Shown: in pieces, positions 24,371-34,580 of the stretch
Layout: each line of letters starts with the position of its first letter
How positions within the stretch are numbered: the stretch's first letter is position 1
Source: an uncultured Verrucomicrobiae bacterium
GTDB taxonomy: Bacteria > Verrucomicrobiota > Verrucomicrobiia > Limisphaerales > Palsa-1400
NCBI GenBank assembly: GCA_963764165.1
Contig: CAVXRD010000003.1
Location: 608,001-672,000, forward strand
Length of the DNA: 64,000 nt
Direction: 5' to 3'
Notes under the pieces: generated by a model
The model's database searches: none
What the model was told of the DNA's origin: nothing
Seen by the model: only the letters and a program-made list of their open reading frames with translations
Made by a program: the position numbers and the translations under genes

Positions 24371-26302
24371 CTACAGGCGGCATTCGATCACCGTCGAGGA
24401 CAATGCGGGCAATGTTATTGACACTTCGTTCGTCGGCAATGCGACCGTGCTGATGCGCTTTGGCGCGTCCCACGAATTTACAATATCCTTCTGCCCCGCA
24501 GCCCGAACGTCGCAGACGGAGTAGGCAAGGCTCGCCGGCATCAAACCGCGACTAATGTCCTGAACCGAAATGGCGACCGGCTTCGTTTTCGTATTGACGC
24601 AAAACAGGCAAACCGAGTTGTGATCGTCCGAGGCGCAGGCAACAATGTCCAAATCCTTGTCGGCGCAGGTGGCTTGCACCGGAACGGGTTTCGCGTGCTG
24701 GGCGTAAAGCTGCATCACCAGATAGCTTGGGCGTTCGAGAACGCCGCTGGCATCCGTTTCGATGGTCGCGCCGCAATAGCTGTTGGCCAAATTGGAGCGG
24801 CACGCCAATTTGACTTTGTCTGCGTGACGCATCATGACATGCAAGTAACGGGCATTGGCCAGCGCCGCGCCGAGAGTCATTTGGCGCCCGCGCCCCAATC
24901 CCCAATCGCCGCCGCTGATATTCCATTCTGTCACGCCAATCTTGACCGCTCCGCAACCGGCGGTGCTGTCAATCATTTTGGAGATTTCGTTGAAGTCGCG
25001 GTCACACGCGCCAAGATCCGGCGTGTAGTGGTGCGGGCAAACGCAAAAGATATCCGGTCCGAATCGGGTGAGCAGCGCTTGGGAAGGAAAGGAAGTCATG
25101 ACTCGCGCGGCAGGATCCGCCTTCTTGATGAGCCGTATAAAATCGCCAAACCGGGCGAGATAGTTCGCGTCGTCGCCGCTGATTTCGTTTCCAACCTGCC
25201 AATACTTGACATGATACGGGGCCGGATGCCCGTTGGCAGCGCGGCGGGCGCCCCATTTCGTGTTCGAATCGCCGTTGCAATATTCGACCTGATCCGCCGC
25301 GTTTTGGGGACCGTCGGCAAAGCTGAGACAAATGAGCGGTTCCGCGCTGACGGCCTCACAAAATTGGCAAAACTCATCAATACCCACATCGTTTGGATCA
25401 ATGCGCCCCCAAACTTTATTCAGAAACGGCGTGCGTTGATCGCGGTCGCCGATGCCGTCCTTCCAACGATATTGGCCGGGGTCGCAGGACGAACCGCCCC
25501 AGCGGATGACGGATGGACGGCTTTCCTTAATTTCCCGCACGACATCGGCGCGCCAGCCTTGCACGTTGTCGGCGGGCATCAGCGACAACTTGTCCGCCCA
25601 AAGACTCCCTTTGCCCTTCGCGCTGAGTTCGAACACGACGCGATCTGTTTGCCCGCGAGATTTCAATCGCACATTGCATTTCTTCCAATCGGTAGAGAAC
25701 TTCGGAAGGTCCAGGGAGGCCAGTGTCATCCACGAGCCATCGGGCAGCAAGGCCTTCAAGAGAGACGTCACGCGCACGCTGGCATCGGCGCGGAAATACC
25801 CGGAAAATTCGTATTCCGTCCCCTTCTTGACAGCGAGACCGGACTGCGAAATAAACGCTCGCTCGCCAGAACTCGGCGAAAGCCGGGCGCACTTTGACCC
25901 GTTGAAAACGTTTGTTGTTTCAAGCGACCATGTGGAATTGGTATCCCATGTTCGGTCGCAAAAATCGGGACGGCCATCGTAGTACGACCAATTGGCGGCA
26001 GGAATCACGCCTTCAAACGAGCGATCATTCAACATCTCCGCCCACATCCCCGGCACGACGTCTTCGAGCAGTTCCACGAAATTGCCGAATAGCATCGGAT
26101 CAATGCGGCCCGGCAGCGCGTCCTTCGCTTCCATTTTAACTTGGATTGCAACGGACTCGGCGGAAACAGCGGTGTTAATCGATCCGGCGAAAATGCAAAA
26201 CGCGCAGGCGAGCGCGCCAATCCGCGCGATGACCGAAGAATTGAATTTCGCTTTGGACATGGACTGCAAGATAACCGCCGCAATTCGAAGTTCAAACTTC
26301 AA
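24371..26302 (-). CDS. Alpha-L-arabinofuranosidase-like glycoside hydrolase (GH51) with carbohydrate-binding module
   Basis: FGNFVE, IRWGG, YRWKDGIG, YWQVGNE and VTEWN motifs. Confidence 0.85.
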   Translation of the reverse strand: MKFELRIAAVILQSMSKAKFNSSVIARIGALACAFCIFAGSINTAVSAESVAIQVKMEAKDALPGRIDPMLFGNFVELLEDVVPGMWAEMLNDRSFEGVIPAANWSYYDGRPDFCDRTWDTNSTWSLETTNVFNGSKCARLSPSSGERAFISQSGLAVKKGTEYEFSGYFRADASVRVTSLLKALLPDGSWMTLASLDLPKFSTDWKKCNVRLKSRGQTDRVVFELSAKGKGSLWADKLSLMPADNVQGWRADVVREIKESRPSVIRWGGSSCDPGQYRWKDGIGDRDQRTPFLNKVWGRIDPNDVGIDEFCQFCEAVSAEPLICLSFADGPQNAADQVEYCNGDSNTKWGARRAANGHPAPYHVKYWQVGNEISGDDANYLARFGDFIRLIKKADPAARVMTSFPSQALLTRFGPDIFCVCPHHYTPDLGACDRDFNEISKMIDSTAGCGAVKIGVTEWNISGGDWGLGRGRQMTLGAALANARYLHVMMRHADKVKLACRSNLANSYCGATIETDASGVLERPSYLVMQLYAQHAKPVPVQATCADKDLDIVACASDDHNSVCLFCVNTKTKPVAISVQDISRGLMPASLAYSVCDVRAAGQKDIVNSWDAPKRISTVALPTNEVSITLPALSSTVIECRL

Positions 26303-26843
26303 TTGACAGGCGTTTTGATATTAAAAAATAGAGGCCTGCATGCACTTTGGGTTCAATTAACAAACCCTCCTTTTCTTTTTGCGTGAGCCAGCCGTCTATG
26401 CTTTGCACCGGCACTTCATGCACAGTGATGTTCTCTTGCGCCACACCGCCGCCGGCATTCACGCGTTTTAGTTTTGACGCCGCGACCAGCGTAATAACCT
26501 CCGACGTCAATCCCGCCGACGATGGCCCTGTCGTTAGAATTTCAACCTCTGTGGCGGCAAAGCCTGTTTCCTCGAGCAACTCGCGCTTGGCGGCAGCAGC
26601 CATGCTTTCGCCCTCTTCGCCAGGTTCGTCTCCGACAATTCCAGCGGGCAGCTCAATCGTTCGTTGGTGGAGGGGAATTCGATATTGCTCCACAAGCAAA
26701 AGCTTTCGCTCATCAGTCACCGCGAGAATGACAACTGCGCCGCTTGCGTTGACGCGCTCAACATATTCCCAGCGCCCATCTTTCAATAGCGTCAAAAACT
26801 TTCCGACGTAAAGCGTGGTTGGTTTTTCTGTTTGCGAGATCAT
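26292..26843 (-). CDS. NUDIX hydrolase (ADP-ribose pyrophosphatase-like)
   Basis: VEQYRIP, ELPAG and AAKRELLEETG Nudix box. Confidence 0.9.
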   Translation of the reverse strand: MISQTEKPTTLYVGKFLTLLKDGRWEYVERVNASGAVVILAVTDERKLLLVEQYRIPLHQRTIELPAGIVGDEPGEEGESMAAAAKRELLEETGFAATEVEILTTGPSSAGLTSEVITLVAASKLKRVNAGGGVAQENITVHEVPVQSIDGWLTQKEKEGLLIEPKVHAGLYFLISKRLSIEV

Positions 26844-26861
26844 AGTCCTATAGCGCAAGAC

Positions 26862-26899
26862 AGCGCCGCCACGACGTTTGGAACCGTCGTGGCGGCGCT
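26862..26899. terminator. GC-rich hairpin downstream of rplW
   Basis: 15-bp perfect stem AGCGCCGCCACGACG / CGTCGTGGCGGCGCT; no clear U-tract. Confidence 0.5.
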
Positions 26900-26937
26900 T
26901 GGAAATTTGGAACCCGGCGGGCCGAGTTCAGCCGGCC

Positions 26938-27219
26938 TCAGGCCAGGCTGATTTTGTCTTCCTTGCGGAGCGTGACGATGGCTTTCTTCCAGCTTGGCGC
27001 GCGGCCTTCGAAGGGGGTGCGGGCGCGGCGGAGTTTGCCACGGACGTTCAGCGTGTTGACCTTGAGGACCTTCACGTTGAACAACTCGCTGACAGCCTTG
27101 CGGATTTCAGTCTTGTTGGCGCGTCGGTCGGCCACGACAGTGTATTGGTTGAATTTGTCCGACTGGCGGGTGCCCTTTTCGGTCATCCGCACGGTTTTGA
27201 TGATCTCGTAAGAATTCAT
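26938..27219 (-). CDS. rplW: 50S ribosomal protein L23
   Basis: TEKG, ANKTEIRKAV and WKKAIVTL motifs. Confidence 0.96.
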   Translation of the reverse strand: MNSYEIIKTVRMTEKGTRQSDKFNQYTVVADRRANKTEIRKAVSELFNVKVLKVNTLNVRGKLRRARTPFEGRAPSWKKAIVTLRKEDKISLA

Positions 27220-27220
27220 G

Positions 27221-27850
27221 TTATTCCTTGGCCAGACGCTTCTCAACTTGCTCCCACGCGCCGCGTGTAAATACTAATTTATCGCTGCGCAACACTTGAT
27301 ACGTGTTGACAGAATCGCCCGTTGTCAACTCAACACCCACCACGTTGCGCGAGGCGAGGAAGAGATTCTTGTCGGCTTCGTGGCCAACAAAAAGGGCAGT
27401 GTGTCCGTGAACTTCCAGCGCGCTCAGCACGCTGACGAAATCGCGTGTCTTGGCGGATGACAATTTCAAATCGTCAACCACCGTGACATCTCCAGCCTTG
27501 AGGCGTTCGCTCAGGGCTTTGCGGAGGGCCGTTTGGCGGGTTGTGCGATTCACTTTTTTGGAAAAATCGCGAGGCTTGGGTCCGAAGACCACGCCGCCGC
27601 CACGCCACAACGGCGATTGGAACGAACCGGCGCGAGCGCGGCCCGTGCCTTTTTGGCGCCATGGTTTCTTGTTGGTGCCGGCGACTTCGCCGGCATTCTT
27701 GGTGCAGGCTGTGCCCGAGCGCTGGGCGGCGTTGTAGGCCACCACCACCTGGTGGACGGCTTCCGTCGCGCTGCTGTCCTCGATGAGAGCGAGCTTCACT
27801 TCCACTTCGCCCGCATCCTTCCCCTGGATATTTTTGACAGTAAGCTTCAT
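27221..27850 (-). CDS. rplD: 50S ribosomal protein L4
   Basis: [14 protein letters not shown] and [11 protein letters not shown] motifs. Confidence 0.97.
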   Translation of the reverse strand: MKLTVKNIQGKDAGEVEVKLALIEDSSATEAVHQVVVAYNAAQRSGTACTKNAGEVAGTNKKPWRQKGTGRARAGSFQSPLWRGGGVVFGPKPRDFSKKVNRTTRQTALRKALSERLKAGDVTVVDDLKLSSAKTRDFVSVLSALEVHGHTALFVGHEADKNLFLASRNVVGVELTTGDSVNTYQVLRSDKLVFTRGAWEQVEKRLAKE

Positions 27851-27853
27851 AAA

Positions 27854-28600
27854 TTATTTCTTCTTGGCGGCCGGGGCTTTGGCAGGAGCTGCTTTGGCCT
27901 TGGCTCCAGCAGCCGGAGCTTCGGTGACGGCCGAGCGAACCGCCAAACGGTTCTTCGCGCGATCCGAGCCCTTCGGCAATTTCTTCGCTTCGCGGATCAC
28001 AACGTAGTCATCGTTGGAGCCGGGAATGGCGCCTTTGATGAGCAGGAGGTTTTCCGCTTCGCGGACCTGGATGATTTGCAGGTTCTGAGCCGTGCGGCGA
28101 ATCTGGCCCATGTGGCCGGGCATCTTCATGCCGCGCATAACTGTGCCGGGGAACAAACGCTGGCCGATGGCGCCAGAACGGCGGCGCCAGCCTTTGGCTC
28201 CGTGGGAGGCATCACCGCCTCGGAAATTGTGGCGCTTCATGACGCCTTCGAATCCGCGGCCTTTGGTGACGCCGATGGCGTCAACAAAATCGCCGATGGC
28301 GAAGATTCCGGGTCCGATTACATCGCCGGGTTTGACCGTCAGGGTGAAATCGCGGAACTCTTTGACACGCTTGGTGGGCGTCGCCGAGAATTTCCTGAAA
28401 TGACCGAGCAACGGCTTGGTGACGCGCTGTTCTTTTTGGTCTTCGAATCCCAATTGAACGGCGTTGTAGCCGTCGGATTCGACAGTCTTGACTTGAATGA
28501 CGCGATTAGGTCCAACGAGCACCACGGTCACCGGGACGATAACGCCGCGGGAATCATAGACGCTGGTCTGGCCAAGTTTTTTTCCGAGAAGTCCGAGCAT
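27854..28600 (-). CDS. rplC: 50S ribosomal protein L3
   Basis: GKKLG, GYNAVQLG, KGRGFEG and KMPGHMG motifs. Confidence 0.97.
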   Translation of the reverse strand: MLGLLGKKLGQTSVYDSRGVIVPVTVVLVGPNRVIQVKTVESDGYNAVQLGFEDQKEQRVTKPLLGHFRKFSATPTKRVKEFRDFTLTVKPGDVIGPGIFAIGDFVDAIGVTKGRGFEGVMKRHNFRGGDASHGAKGWRRRSGAIGQRLFPGTVMRGMKMPGHMGQIRRTAQNLQIIQVREAENLLLIKGAIPGSNDDYVVIREAKKLPKGSDRAKNRLAVRSAVTEAPAAGAKAKAAPAKAPAAKKK

Positions 28601-28612
28601 GGGAGGAGAGCG

Positions 28613-28921
28613 TTAAATTTTAATGGTGATGTCCACGCCGGCTGGAAGATTCAATTTCTTGAGTTCGTCCACCGTCTTGGCTGTGGGTTCGATGATGTCC
28701 AGCAAGCGCTTATGCGTCCGCTGCTCGAAAGTCTCCTGGGACTTTTTGTCCGAGTGCGGCGAGCGCAGCACCGTGAAGCGCTCGATGCGGGTGGGAAGTG
28801 GGATGGGTCCGGCCACACGGGCGCCCGTGCGTTTGACTGTTTCCACAATATCGTGGGCCGAGGCATCAATGACGCGATGGTCAAAGGCCTTCAATCGAAT
28901 TCTAATACGCTGTCCAGCCAT
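28613..28921 (-). CDS. rpsJ: 30S ribosomal protein S10
   Basis: [17 protein letters not shown] and THKRL motifs. Confidence 0.98.
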   Translation of the reverse strand: MAGQRIRIRLKAFDHRVIDASAHDIVETVKRTGARVAGPIPLPTRIERFTVLRSPHSDKKSQETFEQRTHKRLLDIIEPTAKTVDELKKLNLPAGVDITIKI

Positions 28922-28954
28922 ATAAAAAGAACAAGTTAATAGTTTATGTTTACT

Positions 28955-31144
28955 CTACGTCCTGGCGGCGGGCCGTTTGCCAGCCTGCTCCATGATCGCA
29001 CTCAAAACACTGTTCGGAACCTGCTCGAATGTCAAGGGTTCCATGGAATACGAAGCTCGGCCCTTTGACAGCGAGCGAATCGCGGTCGCGTAGCCGAACA
29101 TTTCGGCCAGCGGCACGTGTGCGTTCAAAATGGTTTGACCGCCCTTGCCATCGATGGCGATGATTTTGCCGCGGCGACGGTTCACGTCGCCAAGCAGGTC
29201 GCCCTGATATTCGTCAGGCGTGGTGACTTCCACTTTCATGATGGGTTCGAGCAAGATCGGGTTCGCCTTTTTGAAGGCGTCCTTCAGCGCGAAAATACCG
29301 GCCATTTTGAAAGCCATTTCGTTCGAGTCCACCTCGTGGAATGATCCATCCGTGATTTCGACCTTGACATCGATGACCTGGAAACCGGCGTAAGCGCCGC
29401 TCTTGCAGGCTTCTTCAATGCCGTCGATAATCGCCGGGATGTATTCCTTTGGAACCGCGCCGCCAACAATCTTGTTGACGATTTCGAGACCTTTGCCGCG
29501 CTCCTGGGAAGTAAGCATGATGCAGGCGTGGCCGTATTGGCCGCGTCCGCCGGATTGCTTGATGTATTTTCCTTCGCCCTCGGCGGAACCAGTGACGGTT
29601 TCGCGATAGGCGATTTGCGGCGCGCCCGTGCTGGCCTCGACCTTGAATTCGCGCTTGAGGCGGTCAACGATAATTTCCAAATGCAGCTCACCCATTCCCG
29701 CGATGATCAACTGGCTCGTTTCTTCATTGGTGAAGCAACGGAACGTCGGATCTTCCTCAGCCAGGCGCTGCAAGCCTTCGCCCAACTTCTCGCGGTCAGC
29801 CTTGGTCTTCGGTTCGACGGCCATGCTGATGACGGGCTCAGGGAACGTCGGCGGTTCGAGCATGACATCGAAATCTTCGTTGCACAGCGTGTCGCCGGTA
29901 ACGATGTTGCGCAATCCGACCAGAGCCGCGATGTCGCCAGAATAAACGGAATCCACGTCCTTGCGTTCGCTGCCTTGAATAATCATCAAACGCGCGACGC
30001 GCTCACGCCTGCGCGTGCGGGGATTGTAAATGGTATCGCCCTTCTTCAAGACGCCCGAATAGACGCGGAAGAATACGAGTTTGCCGGCATAAACATCGGT
30101 CCAAAGCTTGAACGCCAGCGAGCAGAATTTGTTATTGTCATCCGGCTCCACCAAAACGGGAGTGTCGGTGCCGGGTTCGTGCCCGGACATCGGCGGAACA
30201 TCCATCGGGCTGGGCAAATAGTCGACGACAGCGTCCACGAGAACCTGGACACCCTTTTTCTTAAAAGCTGAACCGCACAAAACCGGGATCAACTCGATTT
30301 TGCAGGTCAAACGGCGGATGGCAGCCTTGAGCACCAGCGCAGGCACCGGCTTGTCTTCCAGAACGTATTCCGCAATGGTGTCGTCCTTGTCAGCCACAGC
30401 ATTGATCAACTCCGTCAACGCCTTGGCGGCCTTTTCCTTCAGCGCCTCCGGAATTTCGGTGACTTCATAGCTAAGGCCTTCCTTGACCACTTCGCCGGGA
30501 CCCCAAGTGATAGCCTTCTGGTTAACGACGTCAACGACGCCTTCGAAAATGTCGGCCGCGCCAATCGGCAAAAAGATCGGAAATGCATACGCGCCGAGCT
30601 TCTTGCGCATGTCTTCAAGCGCGTTGTCAAAATTCGCCCCTGTGCGGTCCATCTTGTTGACGAACGCGATGCGCGGAACTTTGTATTTGGTCGCCTGCCG
30701 CCAGACGGTTTCCGATTGCGGCTGCACGCCAGCCACGCCGCAGAACACGGCCACGGCGCCGTCAAGGACGCGCATGGAACGTTCGACTTCAGCGGTGAAA
30801 TCGACGTGTCCGGGAGTGTCGATAATGTTCACGCGATGAGGAACGGTCGGGTAAAGTTTCTCGAGCCCCTCTTCCTTCTTCTGGGTCCAGTAGCAGGTCA
30901 CGGCAGCCGACGTGATCGTGATGCCGCGTTCGCGTTCCTGCTCCATCCAGTCGGTCACGGTATTGCCGTCATCGACATCGCCGATCTTGTGGATCAAGCC
31001 GGTGTAAAAGAGAATGCGCTCGGTGGTGGTCGTTTTGCCGGCATCGATGTGCGCGGCAATGCCGATGTTGCGCGTGCGCTCCATCGTATATTGACGGGCG
31101 GGCGAATTCACAGGCTTCTTTGTATCTGCAACGGCTTCTGACAT
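28955..31144 (-). CDS. fusA: Elongation factor G
   Basis: AHIDAGKTT, RGITI, DTPGH, NKMD and GMGELHLE motifs. Confidence 0.98.
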   Translation of the reverse strand: MSEAVADTKKPVNSPARQYTMERTRNIGIAAHIDAGKTTTTERILFYTGLIHKIGDVDDGNTVTDWMEQERERGITITSAAVTCYWTQKKEEGLEKLYPTVPHRVNIIDTPGHVDFTAEVERSMRVLDGAVAVFCGVAGVQPQSETVWRQATKYKVPRIAFVNKMDRTGANFDNALEDMRKKLGAYAFPIFLPIGAADIFEGVVDVVNQKAITWGPGEVVKEGLSYEVTEIPEALKEKAAKALTELINAVADKDDTIAEYVLEDKPVPALVLKAAIRRLTCKIELIPVLCGSAFKKKGVQVLVDAVVDYLPSPMDVPPMSGHEPGTDTPVLVEPDDNNKFCSLAFKLWTDVYAGKLVFFRVYSGVLKKGDTIYNPRTRRRERVARLMIIQGSERKDVDSVYSGDIAALVGLRNIVTGDTLCNEDFDVMLEPPTFPEPVISMAVEPKTKADREKLGEGLQRLAEEDPTFRCFTNEETSQLIIAGMGELHLEIIVDRLKREFKVEASTGAPQIAYRETVTGSAEGEGKYIKQSGGRGQYGHACIMLTSQERGKGLEIVNKIVGGAVPKEYIPAIIDGIEEACKSGAYAGFQVIDVKVEITDGSFHEVDSNEMAFKMAGIFALKDAFKKANPILLEPIMKVEVTTPDEYQGDLLGDVNRRRGKIIAIDGKGGQTILNAHVPLAEMFGYATAIRSLSKGRASYSMEPLTFEQVPNSVLSAIMEQAGKRPAART

Positions 31145-31201
31145 AGGATAAAAATGCCCCGGTGTGTTGCCACGACGGGGCGATAACGGCGTTATAACGG
31201 T

Positions 31202-31675
31202 TTACCAGCGGAAATGCGCGAAAGCTTTATTGGCCTGGGCCATCTTGTGAACTTCGTCACGTTTGCGGATCGCGTTGCCCTGTCCTTGGAACGCATCCAT
31301 GATCTCCAGCGCGAGGGCTTCTCGCATGGCGATGCCTTTGCGGGCATCCGCCAAGTCGACCAGCCAGCGCATGGCGAGCGACAACTGGCGATCCAGCGTC
31401 ACTTCAACCGGCACCTGATAAGTCGCGCCACCGACACGGCGGGGCTTGACTTCGAGGCGCGGCTTGGCGTTGTCCACGGCCCGCTGCAAAATCTCCATCG
31501 GGTTGCTGGCCGGGTTTTTGGCGGCGATTTGATCGAACGCGCCATAAACGATGTTCTGCGCGGTGGTCTTTTTGCCGTTTTCCATGACGGTATTGACCAA
31601 ACGCGAAACCAGCGTGTTGTGATACTTGCTGTCTTCCAACAGCGGTCTTTTGACTGCACGACGACGACGGGACAT
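31202..31675 (-). CDS. rpsG: 30S ribosomal protein S7
   Basis: RRVGGATYQVP and ANKAFAHFRW motifs. Confidence 0.98.
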   Translation of the reverse strand: MSRRRRAVKRPLLEDSKYHNTLVSRLVNTVMENGKKTTAQNIVYGAFDQIAAKNPASNPMEILQRAVDNAKPRLEVKPRRVGGATYQVPVEVTLDRQLSLAMRWLVDLADARKGIAMREALALEIMDAFQGQGNAIRKRDEVHKMAQANKAFAHFRW

Positions 31676-31678
31676 AAA

Positions 31679-32092
31679 TTAAGCTCCTTCCCCAGGTTTG
31701 GCGGCAGCGCCAGCTTTGGCGGCCTTGGGGCGTTTGACCCCGTATTTGGAACGGCTCACGCGCCGCTTTTCAACGCCCGCGGCGTCCAATGTGCCGCGCA
31801 CAATGTGATAACGCACGCCGGGCAAATCTTTCACGCGGCCGCCGCGAACCAGAACAATCGAGTGCTCCTGGAGGTTATGGCCTTCGTCCGGAATGTAAGC
31901 GATCACCTCGAAGCCGTTGGTCAAACGGACTTTGGCGACTTTTCGCATGGCGGAGTTGGGCTTTTTGGGAGTGCGCGTCATCACCTGGATGCAGACCCCG
32001 CGTCGAAACGGCGAGTTCTGCAAGGCCGGTGCTTTGGACTTGCTGCGCAACTTGTTTCGTCCTTTACGGACGAGCTGATTAATCGTCGGCAT
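31679..32092 (-). CDS. rpsL: 30S ribosomal protein S12
   Basis: [18 protein letters not shown] and RVKDLPGVR motifs. Confidence 0.98.
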   Translation of the reverse strand: MPTINQLVRKGRNKLRSKSKAPALQNSPFRRGVCIQVMTRTPKKPNSAMRKVAKVRLTNGFEVIAYIPDEGHNLQEHSIVLVRGGRVKDLPGVRYHIVRGTLDAAGVEKRRVSRSKYGVKRPKAAKAGAAAKPGEGA

Positions 32093-32610
32093 GTGCTTCT
32101 TATTTAGCGTCCATTTCCCCACAAGAGAAACGGAGCGCGGAATATACAGAACCCTTGCGTTTGTGGCAATAGGTTTTTTTCAAAAATCTAAAAGTCAACG
32201 ACACAATACGGCAGATTCCCCCTTGTTCAATGACAAACTGGATTTGTTTTGCGCGGCTCATTTGGCGCGTAAGCGGTTTATTATAAAACACTTAAAAATC
32301 AACAGCAGGTTCCTCGCTGTTTTCGGTGGAATGAGAATCTCTGCGCCAGCCTTTGCCGGAAACCTGTTTCGGAAGGTGCAAACCGGGGGCTGAAAAACGG
32401 TAGGTGCAATAGGGTGCAATAGAGTGCAACGCTTCTTTCCGGCCAGACCCGGTTGAACGCAATCTTCCTAAGCCGGTACGATGTAGTTGAACTTGGGAGG
32501 GCGACAGTGCCGCCCGCTCTGGCTGGCCCACGCAAGAGCGTCCTCCCAATAATTTGTTCTGATCTCCCGCCGGCCAGCCACCGTTTCGTTCATGTTCGTA
32601 AAACTCTGAT

Positions 32611-32660
32611 GTTTTCGGCGAGACGCCGAAAACGGCGGTCGAGACGACCGCGCTCCCCAA
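32611..32660. repeat. REP-like tandem hairpin pair
   Basis: GTTTTCGGCG-AGA-CGCCGAAAAC and GCGGTCG-AGA-CGACCGC share the same loop. Confidence 0.65.
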
Positions 32661-33555
32661 CTGAATCGTTCCGGCCAAGTTGCGCGCTACCCGTCTTCCC
32701 TCAATATGACTTTGCATATGCACGGAGGCACTATGGCATGGACGTCGCGGGAAGGAAAACCTACCGGAGTGTTTTTGGCGCGATTTTGGAAAATATATCG
32801 CGAAAAAGAGGTGCTTAACGCCAAGACGCCGAGGCCAAGGGCTGGAGCGATTTTCCTGACTTTTTGGAATCAACTGGGCAGTGGCGCGGCCAGAGAAGGA
32901 GCGGGTGGCCGGGGCGGCGTAGACGGAACGGGGGCGAGATTCAAACCGTGCGGCACGAAAACCCTGAAGTCTGAGATCAGATGGCTCCACGCGTGCTATG
33001 TATTAGGCCGATGAGTGACGGCATTGCCGTCGGACAAGCGTTGCAAAATCTTTGCCGGCATTCATGAACTTGAGACGGCCACCGAGGGGCGTGCGGCGTC
33101 ACTTGGCAGTGGGGAACTGGCTCGCCAACTCATGGGAGCGGGCAGGCGCTTGCTGAAGCCCCGGGGCCGATCCCGTTGGCGATTTGATTCGAGAGCGCGA
33201 GCAGGACGATAAGCTAGACCAATGGGGCGGGTAATCACGTCGAGTCGGCCTGCCTTATCAAGTCGAATAAATAAATAAAGCGGCTGACAAATAAATTTCG
33301 GTACCCATTAGCTATGGCCCAGCTAACCTTTGCCAAGAAAGCAAAACGAAACTGGTCTCGCTTCAATGGCACATTGGTGCAATCCCCCGCGCCGCCGTAC
33401 GGATTTTTTCCAATGTCCTCTTGACGAGTTAAGTCCTGTTGAGGGATGAAAAAAAACCAACCAAACAATCCCCGCGGGACAATGTGGCTCCGGACGCAAA
33501 AATTTGTCCTTCAACCGGCGCACCCCTTCACGCACTATTTACGGCTCAGAGCATC

Positions 33556-33915
33556 ATGAACCTAATTCATAAGACCGAGCAGCAGTTTCTCGTCTCTTTG
33601 TCACCCGAAGAGTTGACTGGCATTTCGAACGCTTTGAACGAAGTCTGTTTCGGCGTTCACATCGATGATGCTGAATTTAAAACGCGGCTTGGTCACTCCC
33701 GACCGGACCTGGCCAACATCCTTAAGCAGATTGGCGAATGCCTCGTTGTGGCCAGCGCCGACTGCATGGACGTCGCTGATGCTTGGTCCGACGGCGGTTC
33801 TGTTCAAGTTCGCGCGATTTCTGTGTACGGCGATCCTGTAGACATGGGTTCAGAGCAAGCACTGTCTTTTGCAGCAATGATTACGCGCTGCGCGCAAGAA
33901 GCAGAGTCCGCATAA
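33556..33915 (+). CDS. Hypothetical protein
   Basis: 119 aa ORF in an AT-richer islet; ISNALNEV..EFKTRLG and GDPVDM segments. Confidence 0.6.
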   Translation: MNLIHKTEQQFLVSLSPEELTGISNALNEVCFGVHIDDAEFKTRLGHSRPDLANILKQIGECLVVASADCMDVADAWSDGGSVQVRAISVYGDPVDMGSEQALSFAAMITRCAQEAESA

Positions 33916-33929
33916 CCTCGACCCCCGTC

Positions 33930-34331
33930 GTGAACATTATTGACGCCATAACATCCAAAAGAAACTTCGGTGTGATTCGTTGCGGATACCTTCCCGATGC
34001 CGCAGACCTTCAAGGCGTTGCATCCTTCTTTTCTCTTTCGCAAGATTCGTCCAATTATCGCCAAATCGCTAAGTCTGAGGCTCTGAAAATTCTCACGCGC
34101 GTTCTACATAGAGACATGGCCTACGAGTCTGAAATCATGCCCATTCAATCGGCGGCGGAATTGAGCACGTTATTCCTTAAAAACTTTGAGGAGAAGTCCG
34201 CCACGTTCTTTACGAACATTGACAATTCCACTGGTGCCTGGAATCCTGTAACTCAAGCAACATTTGACGCAGGCATTATCGCCATTTCTCAAACTGAATC
34301 AGCGTGTTTATGGATTGAAGATGAGGATTAG
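33930..34331 (+). CDS. Hypothetical protein, possibly polymorphic-toxin immunity-like
   Basis: GTG start; LHRDMAY, WNPVTQATFDAG and acidic LWIEDED C-terminus. Confidence 0.6.
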   Translation: MNIIDAITSKRNFGVIRCGYLPDAADLQGVASFFSLSQDSSNYRQIAKSEALKILTRVLHRDMAYESEIMPIQSAAELSTLFLKNFEEKSATFFTNIDNSTGAWNPVTQATFDAGIIAISQTESACLWIEDED

Positions 34332-34580
34332 TCCAGCCCAACGGTTCAAGACCGTGTCGGCGCATTGAATCCCGCCATTGTATCCGGTTTGGTGTCTTTC
34401 GGTTCTCCCGACTTGCGAACGGACTTGCGTAAACCCTTGCGGCTTTGGATTGAGTGCCTGTTGTTCTGTCGAGTGACTTTGGAGGAAAAACCCTGCTGCC
34501 ATTACCCCGTACGGTTCCTCTGCGCCCTCATCTTCTCTGCGCGAGATTTCTGTCCCCATTCGCATTTGGTTTCAACGCGA

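Noticed and set aside
27533..28939. 468-aa plus-strand ORF, and similar long ORFs at 3526-4722, 24620-25897, 37643-38494 and 48452-49648
   Set aside because: Antisense shadows of well-supported genes, as expected in GC-rich DNA
28921..28955. No tuf between fusA and rpsJ
   Set aside because: A direct fusA-rpsJ junction is a known arrangement in PVC-group bacteria, so not treated as novel
32100..33535. Several ORFs of 60-230 aa in the region upstream of rpsL
   Set aside because: No recognisable motifs, mutually overlapping, and crossing palindromic repeats
33910..34342. Integron cassette interpretation (GCATAAC over one stop codon, GCCCAAC after the next gene)
   Set aside because: No matching downstream GTTRRRY or attC palindrome was found, and there is no integron integrase
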